Below are positions 55,521 through 64,000 of a stretch of 64,000 nucleotides of DNA, one piece after another. This DNA comes from Diplonema japonicum (lineage: Eukaryota; Protista; Euglenozoa: Diplonemea), in assembly GCA_964019335.1 (NCBI GenBank), contig OZ025697.1, forward strand, positions 472,374-536,373, read 5' to 3'. A program made the position numbers and the translations under genes. How positions within the stretch are numbered: the stretch's first letter is position 1; each line of letters starts with the position of its first letter. Under the pieces are notes generated by a model. That model saw only the letters and a list, made by a program, of their open reading frames with translations. It ran no database searches and was not told the DNA's origin.

Positions 55521-56590
55521 ATCATGTGCCTGCAAGAGACGTGGAACAAAAACCGCATCACAGTGACTGGGTACACTGCTACCAACAGAACAGAACAGTA
55601 CCCTGCTGAAAGGACAAGCCCATCGAGGGAGGCAGAGTTGCAACACTGGTCAAGGACACACTGATCACAAAACAAGGTGTCACCTACAAAGGAAAAGTGA
55701 CAGAGTGGATCAATGTAGTAGTGAAACAAGGCAATGGAGCAGACTTGACAATCTCAAATGTGTACAGACCATTGTTCACAAAGTCAAAAGAGGATGACAG
55801 GCAACATGATTTTGAGGCAACAGAGCTGCCATGTGGAGCAAACACATATGTGGTGGGAGACTTCAACCTTCACCATGAAGCCTGGGACCTGCAAGCACAG
55901 CCAGACCATGGTGGCACACTCTTATACCAGTGGCTGGCAGAAGTAGGAATGTGGATCCAGAACAACCCCAAGCAGCCAACGCAAATCCAAGCAAAGCAGA
56001 GGTCAAGTCTGGACATAGCAATTGCCCCACAAGGAGTAGCAGCAAGCTGGAACTACTCGAAAACTGTGGCTCAGACCACACACCCATCCTGATTACCTTA
56101 TGAAGGCACAATGCAAAAGCAAGGCACAGGAAAAAAGGTGTGGTGCTGGAACAAAGCAGACTGGGTCAGGTACATGGCATACATGGAAACGAAGGGAAAG
56201 AAGGTGCTGTGGTGCAATGAAGCACAGGAGGCACTCAACAGAATGACAGCTGCAATCCTGGAGGCAGCCAAGATGATGATACCATGGAAGTGGCAAGCCG
56301 TGAAGCAGAAGCAGAGCAAGTGCTGGTGGTTGGAGGAGATCCGGGAGGCGATTGGAGAGCAGAATGAGACGATCAGACAGGAAGAAGGAAGAGGTGACAG
56401 ACAAAGAGGTCAAGAAGGCAAAGGAGCAAGGGAGAAGGTGCAAAAACTAGTGGATGAGCAGAAGGAAGCACTGTGGAAGAAGGAGGTGGAAGGGTCAAAG
56501 GAAAGAACAGGAGCTGCAAGCTGATTGAAGGCAACAAAGCAATCTTTGCAGCAATGGAGCAAGCCAACATACTTGGGAAACATTATGCAG
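55521..56590 (+). mobile_element. Degenerate non-LTR retrotransposon fragment (APE endonuclease + linker; no RT)
   Basis: IMCLQET, SNVYRP, VVGDFNLHHEAW, SSLDIAIA, GSDHTPI (frameshifted), WNKADW and CWWLEE; stops and frameshifts present. Confidence 0.85.
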
Positions 56591-56604
56591 ATGTGTGTAA
56601 GACC

Positions 56605-56932
56605 CATTGCAGCTGAGCAGTGTTGGTCCAGACCCTTGAGGGACTCAGGGGACTCCAAGGGACAGGACAGGAGTCCCCTGAAATTTTCAGGGGTCTGGAG
56701 GGGGAGGGGACTCAGGGGACTGGAGGCACTCAAGGGACTGGAGGGGACTCAGGGGACTCTTGGGACCAAAAAATTTCTTTGTGTTTTTTGTGTCACAAAG
56801 GCCCAAATTTAGGCTGGGGCTTGCATTTTTTTGGTACTTTTGGTTTCAAAAGTTCAAAAAAAGAGGTCCTAGGTTTGAGTGGGATGTGAGGCAAGGCTCA
56901 TACTACCTTGTTGTGACTATGTAAAAAAAAAA
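56605..56932 (+). repeat. 318-bp direct repeat, copy 2, with A10 tail
   Basis: Appears identical to 53987-54304. Confidence 0.92.
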
Positions 56933-57093
56933 CCACCAGTTCTACCAGTTCTGCCAAGTTCTGGTTCCACCATTCTGCCAAGTTCTGACTTTTCAGTTTG
57001 GTGGAAGGGAATGGAACGACCCACCCCTGCATGAGCAGAATCTGGTTACCAGTGTTGTTATGGGAAAAAACCCAGGGGGGCACAGGGCTGGGG

Positions 57094-59369
57094 CAGTGAT
57101 GGGTGAATCCTAATTAGGACTAGACCGGACTGGACTGGACCAGACTGGATCTGGCATGAATTTCGACCCAATTATGCCAGACAGTACAAGATACAACCAC
57201 AACACCACACCCCCCCCTTTTTTTTGCTGCAGAGTTCAAACGTATAAACAGATGTCTACAAGAAAAGATGTTACACAGGTACTGAGAGACGACAACAACA
57301 ACAAAAACAATGAGAAACAAAGAAGAAAAAAAAAAAAAAAAAAAAACCTTTATCTTCTTTTTCAGGTGGTGGGGATAACATGAAAATATAAGAAAAACAT
57401 CAGATGTGTTGTTTGCTGTTGACCTCCTCATTGGTCATCACCAAGCAAACCACACGAGCAGAATCTTGGTTACCCAGGGTGCCCCGGCTAGGGTTGAGCT
57501 GAACCCCACACACATTAAGGACACGACACAGAGCACAGAAGAAGCTACAACTCAGCCACAGTGATTAAGGACACGATGCAGAATGCAGAAGAAGCTACAA
57601 CCCGGCTGCAGTGCACCCCCTGTAATCAAGTAGACAGTTCTTGTGCAGGGCACTGCCAACACCAGCCTCCTTTAACTCTTGTATATTATTCTAAAGGTGG
57701 TGGGGATAGCATGAAAAAACATCAGATGTGTTGTTCACTGTTGACCTCCTCATCAGTCATCACCGGTAGCTCCCGAGTGGAAGAACATAATGCAGATGCT
57801 TAGGGTGACAAACAGGCAGCAAACTACACCACACACATTAAAGACATGACACGGAATGCAGAAGAAGCTACAACTCGGTTGTGGTGCACCCCTGTAATCA
57901 AGCAGACAGTTCTTGTGCAGGGCACCACCAACACCAGCCTTCAGTCTTTTAACTCATATATATATCATTCAGGTGGTGGGGATAACATGGAAATATAAGA
58001 AGTACATCAGATGTGTTGTTTGCTGTTGACCTCCATGTTGGTCATCACCAGTAGCACCCAAGTGGAGAACATAATGCAGATGCTCAGGGTGATGAATTGG
58101 CAGCAAACTGCATGAGTGCAGAATCTTGGTTACCCCAGGTTGCTATGGCTGGGGTTAAGCTGCACACTGCACACATTAAGAACACAACACAGAACACAGA
58201 AGAAGCTACAACTCAGCTGCAGTGCCCCCCTGTATCAAGTTAACAGTTCTTGTGCAGGCACCGCCAACACGATGAACAGGCATTTCCTCCATCCACTTGG
58301 CCAGTCATCACCTGTAGCTCCCTGAGTGGAAGAACAAATTGCAGATGCTCAGGGTGAGTAAACTACTTAGGGCACCAGCTGGGGTTGAGCTACACACTGT
58401 ATGCATTAAGGACACGACACGGAATGCAGAAGCGGCCAAGGTGCACCCCCTGTCACTGGTCTCCTTTACCTCTTTCATGTTATTTGGTGGTGGGGATCAC
58501 AGAAATATGGAAATATAAGAAGTACATCAGATGTGTTGTTCACTGTTGACCTCCATGTTGGTCATCACCAGTTGTGCCCGAGTGGAGGAACATATTGCAG
58601 ATGCTCAGGGTGATGAACTGGCAGCAAACTACACAGGCCCAGAATCTTAGTTACCAGGGCCATGGCTGGTGTTGAGCTGCACACTGCACACATTAAGGAC
58701 ATGACACGGAATATTGTGCTGTCAGTGTTGTGGTGATATAGTCACCACTTTCAACCTTGATAATGCAAAGAGGAAAAAAAACGGGGGGGGGGAAAACTAG
58801 TTTGACACTCCATTTGTTTGTGTGCACGAGCAGAATTTTACCTAATAAAATAGCTCATTACACTGCCATCAACTAGTTTTAGTCTCGACAATAATATTGT
58901 TAAAACAAAAAAAAAAAGTAAGGAATTCCCTGTTCCACCAAGTTCTGGTTCTGCCATTCTGCCAAGTTCCGACTTTCAGTTTGGTGGAAGGGAATGGAAC
59001 AACCCAATCCTCACAAGCAGAATCTTGGTTACCCAGGATGCCCCGGCTGGGGTTGAGCTGAACACCACACACATTAAGGAATGACACGGAATGCAGAAGA
59101 AGCTACAACTCGGCTGTGGTGTACCCCCTGTAATCAAGTAGTCTTGTGCAGGTCCTTTAACTCATATATCTCTCACCGCGGCCGGGTTGTAGCTTCTTCT
59201 GTGTTCCACATCGATCACCACAGCCAGGTTGTATTACATCCAAATACAACATTTCCAGACATTTGTACATACCTGCAGCTGCAGTGCACCAGAGTAGATA
59301 GGTGCAAATGGCTTGATGGAGCTGTGCATGTCTGTGGTATGAAGAAGAAGAAAAAGAAAAAAAAAAAAG

Positions 59370-59402
<33 letters not shown>

Positions 59403-59542
59403 GTTGTCCAAAAATATTTGAAAAAAAAGTGTTTGCAGGTGTGTCAAAAATTGCAGAAAATTTTTGAGTCTGGTCAGTCTGGCCGATCCAGTCAGTCCGG
59501 TAAAATGGGTACACCAGACTGGACCGGATTCACCCATCACTG
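57094..59542. mobile_element. Non-autonomous hAT-like DNA transposon nested in the outer element
   Basis: Perfect 17-bp TIRs, CAGTGATGGGTGAATCC (57094-57110) and GGATTCACCCATCACTG (59526-59542). Flanking direct repeat GCTGGGG(G). Subterminal GACTGG/CCAGAC repeats. No transposase ORF. Confidence 0.78.
57350..58710 (+). repeat. Complex satellite of recurring modules (about 270-540 bp period)
   Basis: Recurring blocks GGTGGTGGGGATAACATG..ACATCAGATGTGTTGTT..CTGTTGACCTCC, GCAGATGCTCAGGGTGA, AGAATCTTGGTTACCC and AGAAGCTACAAC. One block also occurs at about 54810-54886. Confidence 0.85.
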
Positions 59543-60889
59543 GCTGGGGGGGTGGGGGGGGCAAAAAAATTTATTTTTCTAGGGACCCTCACTCATTTAG
59601 CACCCTCAAAACAGACTTTTTTGGAAATTTTTGGCCAAAAAAAATTGTTTTTTTTCCCAGGGGACCCCAAACTTGGAAAAATCACTTTAGGAATTTTCCT
59701 TAGGGTCTAAATGGCCACCTGAAAATCACAAAATCAAGCTTCATTTTAGAATGGTATTTTTGGAATTTTGGCCTAATTTTGGGTGATGATAAGCAAAATT
59801 CCCCTTGAAGTAGGTTTCCCAGCTGTGGTTACCTAATTGAATTTTTTTGTGCTTACTTTTTACTTCAGAATATAGTTTAGAGATGTGTATTCCACCTAAA
59901 CACCTTTCTGAACTTTTTGGTTTGCAGAAATGGTTTTTTAAGGTGTTTTTAATATAAATTTCATGATTTCTGGCTTTTTCCAGAAAAAAATTTTTGGGGT
60001 CAAAAATGGCCAAAGTGACCCCAAGTTTGGGGTCCCCTGGGAAAAAAAAAATTATTTTTTGGCCAAAAATTTCCAAAAAAGTCTGTTTTGAGGGTGCTAA
60101 ATGTGTGAGGGTCCTTAGAAAAAAATTTTTTTTTTTGCCCCCCACCCCCCCAGCCCCCCTGCCCCCCCCGTGCCCCCCTGGGTTTTTTCCCATAACACTG
60201 GCCCCCCCACCCCCCCACGCCCCCCTGCCCCCCCATGCCCCCCCTCCTGGGTTTTTTCCCATAACAACACTGTTCCCAGCTGTGGTCACCTAATTGAATT
60301 TTTTTTTTCTTCAAGGGATCAACTTTCTTCCGAAAATTTAAGATTTATATCATTCTACCACCTTTTTACTCACTTTTCAGGAAACACACAATTTCACACA
60401 TTTGAATTTATTCTTTAGTTTTTTTCTGAACCTATTTAATTTTTAAACCTAATAAAGAAAGTGTAAATCTCCTAATCAAGATTTTTTAGTCCCAGTGTTG
60501 CCAAAATGGGTTGAAAATTAAAGTACCCAGCTGTGGTTACTTAATCAAAAAAGAATTTAATAGCCCATTTAACCTATGTATTCAAACCTTTTACCCTTAC
60601 TTGGTTTTTTTTGTGGAATTTATTTCATTCTTTTGGTTCCTTGCCCAGCAATAGCAGTTGGTCTTTCCTCTTGGCTGCAATCTCCTTCACCTCCAGTGCT
60701 TGCCAACAATAGCAAAGTGTCAGTGGTGGCACCTTCTTCACCTCAATCCTGGGACCTTTCAACCCCAATATTGCCAGCCATGCCCCCTTTCCACCCAAGG
60801 TAGGCTATCAGGTAGTCTTTTCTGACAGATTTGCTGGTGCTATTGGGGTGTCTTGTTGGGTTAGGTTATTTTTTAAAACAACCAACCTG

Positions 60890-61600
60890 CCAATAAAGTA
60901 CAGTAAAAACAGGGGGGGGAAATACAAAGAATGAGAAAGGTAAGTTATAAAGGAAAGAAAAATGACAGATGGACCATTACTAGGCCAAGTACAGGTGCCC
61001 TTTGTGAAAAAAATCTTTTTTTCTGAGGTAAAATATCACTTTTCAGGTGTTTTTGACAATTTTTTTTGTGAGGAAAAAAATTCTTTGGGCCCTTTTTTTT
61101 GACCCATGACCATCTCACTTTCACTATTAGCCTCATTGAGGTCTAGAATAGGTATTTTTGAGGGAAAAAAATTTTTTTTGAGAAAAAATCAATTTAAGGG
61201 TGTTTTTGGCCACTTTTTTTGGGAGGAAAAACAATTTTTTTGGACACTATTTTTTTTTTTTTTTCCAGCACCCCATGCACCCAATAAAGTACAGTAAAAA
61301 AAGGGGGTAAATACAAAAAATGAGAAGGGTAAGTCATAAAGGAGAGAAAACCAACAGATAGACCATTACTAGGCCTGATATAGGTACCCTTATGGAAAAA
61401 AAATCAATTTTTCTGAGGTAAAAAACCACTTTTCAGGTGTTTTTGACCACTTGTTCATGTGAAAAATAATTTTTTTTGGGCACCTCTTTTTTTGACCCCC
61501 AAACATCTCACTTTCACCCCACTTCACTAAAAGCCTCTATTAAGGCCTAGGATAGGTACTTTTGGGAAAAAAATTTTTTTTTAGAAAAAAAATCAATTTT
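60890..61600 (+). repeat. Degenerate AT-rich direct repeat pair (about 390-bp offset)
   Basis: CCAATAAAGTACAGTAAAAA...GACCATTACTAGGCC...TTCTGAGGTAAAA..CACTTTTCAGGTGTTTTTGAC...CATCTCACTTTCAC occurs twice. Confidence 0.8.
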
Positions 61601-61809
61601 TGGGTGTCTTTGACAACTTTTTTTGGGTGGAAAAAAATTTTTTTTTTGCCCCCCACCCCCTGTGCCCCCCCGAAAATCTTGGGGGAACCCATTCTTGTAA
61701 CAACACTGGTGGCCACTGTGTCACATACTGCATGGCACCACTAAAATCGAGACAACTTTTTTATTTATTAACCTACAATCCTTCACATTATTACAGGGTG
61801 GGTTCAGAC

Positions 61810-63216
61810 ATGTTGAGGAGACTCAGCATAGTACACCCTCGTCCCTGGGCACAGCTTTCAAGACCGCGTACCTGCGTGAGTCTGGGTGTCAAGAAAGATA
61901 ACCATGACTCAGAAGGGAAAGGCTCAGGTGGTTCAGAAGAGAAGAGCTCAGGTAGTTCAAATTGGAAGCTGGATAATAACAAATGGTGGCTATTAGCATG
62001 CTTTGCGTTTCTTGGTGGTCCAACCTGTCTTGATTTGCTCCGAACTTACATTTATACTCCACACCAAATAAGAAGCAGCATCACACAATTACTTCGATCT
62101 ACCCTTGAGAAGCCTGACTTTGCAAATACATTCGTGCGCGAGGAAGTGAGGGTATTGGCTGAAAAGTTGAACAATTACCTTGACGACTTCAATCCCAACC
62201 GAAGAAATGTATTCGTTGTGGTTGGTGGTCCTAAAGCAGCAGGAAAGACATCAGCCATAGAGCTTGCATTCGGAGGCAAGGACGGAGTGGTATTTATCGA
62301 AACCACCCTTGAAGGCAATAGCCCCCAGACAGGTGACATCTTTAAGAATTCTCTGAATGCGAAGTATGGGAAGAACCATCCTTTAAGTGATGATGCCAAT
62401 GCCATTCTCGAGCAAGCGTTCAAGCAGTCAATGGAGAAGGACGGGCAACCCTTTTTGATCTACTGGAAGATACAAACCAAGAACCTGCAACTCGCAGACC
62501 TTAAGAATGTTGCGAAGATAGCTGCAGGGATGGGAAGGCAGATGACCTACGACCACGCAGGCAGGAACATTCCTGTGATCATCGAGACCTCCAACCCTAC
62601 AGTATGCCCTTTTAATTTACTTGTTAACATTTTACAGCTCGGTGCCTTAATTCCGAAGGTCCATCAGACGTGTGACAACTGGTATCTTGACCACATGAAC
62701 TACAACGACCTTGTGAAGACCTTCGATTGCGATCCTGAAGCCAAACCTTTCAAGGAGAGGCTTGGGGGCAATGCGAAGTACAAGGAACACCTGAGGGAGT
62801 ACTACTCGCACTTCGGAGGGAACATGCGTGGGCTGAAGCAGGAATTCCTGAGACCTTTGGACGGAGTTAAAGACCCTGCAGAGTTCCGGAAGGAGTTTAC
62901 AAAAGAGATCAGTAGGATATTTAAGCAAAATATCGTACTTTGGAATTTAGCAAAACTTGATTCGGACTTCGAATTGGACCTATGCCGCAAAATAGCCAAG
63001 GCTGGACCTCAAGGATTAGCTGACTTTAGTGTGGATCAGCTGGAAGCCATTGCCATTATTGAGAGGAGGTCACTGGATATATTCAGAAACCACAGGAACA
63101 CCTACCGTCTGCACCACATGGCATATGTGCGTCACTTGCTTCAGGGAGAGACGGAGGAGGAGACAACGGCAGCAATGGTGACTCATGGGTGGCTGCCCAA
63201 GGCGGGTGATTCTTAA
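61810..63216 (+). CDS. Putative mitochondrial membrane-anchored P-loop ATPase; in-frame intron 62602-62637
   Basis: Presequence-like MLRRLS start, hydrophobic segment WWLLACFAFLGG, Walker A VVVGGPKAAGKTS, and an FGGNMRGL box. First gene of the opposite-strand cluster. Confidence 0.75.
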   Translation: MLRRLSIVHPRPWAQLSRPRTCVSLGVKKDNHDSEGKGSGGSEEKSSGSSNWKLDNNKWWLLACFAFLGGPTCLDLLRTYIYTPHQIRSSITQLLRSTLEKPDFANTFVREEVRVLAEKLNNYLDDFNPNRRNVFVVVGGPKAAGKTSAIELAFGGKDGVVFIETTLEGNSPQTGDIFKNSLNAKYGKNHPLSDDANAILEQAFKQSMEKDGQPFLIYWKIQTKNLQLADLKNVAKIAAGMGRQMTYDHAGRNIPVIIETSNPTVCPFNLLVNILQLGALIPKVHQTCDNWYLDHMNYNDLVKTFDCDPEAKPFKERLGGNAKYKEHLREYYSHFGGNMRGLKQEFLRPLDGVKDPAEFRKEFTKEISRIFKQNIVLWNLAKLDSDFELDLCRKIAKAGPQGLADFSVDQLEAIAIIERRSLDIFRNHRNTYRLHHMAYVRHLLQGETEEETTAAMVTHGWLPKAGDS

Positions 63217-63601
63217 ACAGCAAATAAATAACCTCGCTTCCCTCTGATTTTCCAACACCACACGTCTTAAAACGCTTTTTGGCGTTACCCTGCATGTCTC
63301 ATATGTGTGCAATTGACATGTTTCCCCTTGTTTAATTCTGAACCCCCCCTTTTTTTTTGCTCCTTTTTCCTCTTCCCTTTTTTCATTATTTTTCACGTTC
63401 TTTCCACAAATAATCACACCACATCACAGGATCAAAGAAAGAAAAAATAACTATTGATTTATGAAAAATAAAGTCGACTTTATTTCCTGCAGCTGATAAT
63501 CTGTCCCGAGGGGGTGATTTTCCCTCGCTTCGCTAGATAGGCCAGCGGGGGCGTGGGGCTGGTCCCCCCTCACCATAGGAAGATTTGAAAAAAAAAAAAG
63601 G

Positions 63602-63945
63602 GACCCCCATGCCATCATCCACAAGGTGGCCATTTACCTCGGCACTGCTCTGGGTGGGCTTACAATGACAGGCTCGTTGGTTGCGTTCACCAAGCTTCAA
63701 GGAGAAATCTGCGGGTTCAAGTTCTCCGGCAAACCTTTAAGCTTCCCTAGTCTGGGGCTGCTGAACGGGGCGCTCGGGTTGGCCCTTGCCGGAGGGATGG
63801 TGCCGTTCCTCATAGCACTGCACCACGTGCACTTTGTGAAGTACCTCATCGCCAATGCGGCGGTTTCATCTGTTCTGGGGTACCATCACGGCGGGGATTG
63901 GCGGCGCAGACATGCCGGTTGCAGTAACGGTGTTGAACAGCTACT
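63602..63945 (+). pseudogene. NNT: NAD(P) transhydrogenase beta-domain fragment, frameshifted and interrupted
   Basis: IYLGTALGGLTMTGSLVAFTKLQG...GY(H)/TAGIGGADMPVAVTVLNSY. Frameshift near 63885. Homology stops abruptly at the SL sequence. Confidence 0.8.
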
Positions 63946-63983
63946 ACCAACGATTCTAAAGCTACAGTTTCTGTACTTTATTG
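63946..63983 (+). ncRNA. Diplonemid-type spliced leader (mini-exon) sequence, 38 of 39 nt
   Basis: ACCAACGATTCTAAAGCTACAGTTTCTGTACTTTATTG. The 3' half CAGTTTCTGTACTTTATTG is the conserved kinetoplastid/diplonemid SL core, and the 5' ACCAACGATT is diplonemid-like. Confidence 0.9.
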
Positions 63984-64000
63984 GTCGTTCGTGTTCTGCT

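Larger units (their letters stand above)
57050..60272. mobile_element. Outer TIR/foldback element (27-bp perfect TIR)
   Basis: CAGTGTTGTTATGGGAAAAAACCCAGG at 57050-57076 and its reverse complement at 60246-60272. Long internal inverted repeat about 59543-59676 / 60021-60155. No matching TSD. Confidence 0.6.

Noticed and set aside
57350-58710. Satellite as an SL RNA gene array (AAGCTACA shared with the SL)
   Set aside because: Only about 8 nt match; the conserved GTTTCTGTACTTTATTG core is absent.

Overview
This is eukaryotic nuclear DNA, most likely from a diplonemid (Euglenozoa): a near-complete diplonemid-type spliced leader (SL) sits at 63946-63983 and genes lie in a tightly packed unidirectional cluster. 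About 24 genes run on the minus strand from 1 to about 53.9 kb, often with only about 45-100 bp between them. They include prefoldin 4, a huntingtin-like HEAT protein, imidazolonepropionase, an EF-hand 5'-nucleotidase, a 4380-aa kinesin, an HMGB protein, a CCCH zinc-finger protein, an OPR/FAST-like helical-repeat protein, a BT1 folate/biopterin transporter, a Rossmann-like domain fused to HACD/PTPLA, an OATP-like transporter, a DnaJ protein, an RFC small subunit, IPP-2, PLAC8, TTI1, a MAP2K and a MAPEG protein. Many genes carry tiny 30-43 nt GT-AG introns. An approximately 8-kb divergent strand-switch region (53.9-61.8 kb) follows, built from nested hAT-like TIR elements, a degenerate non-LTR retrotransposon endonuclease, an exact 318-bp duplication and satellites. 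Beyond it are a plus-strand P-loop ATPase and a frameshifted NAD(P) transhydrogenase fragment that runs directly into the SL copy. All assignments come from reading motifs by eye; no database searches were run. Homopolymer-rich stretches may be assembly or polishing artefacts.
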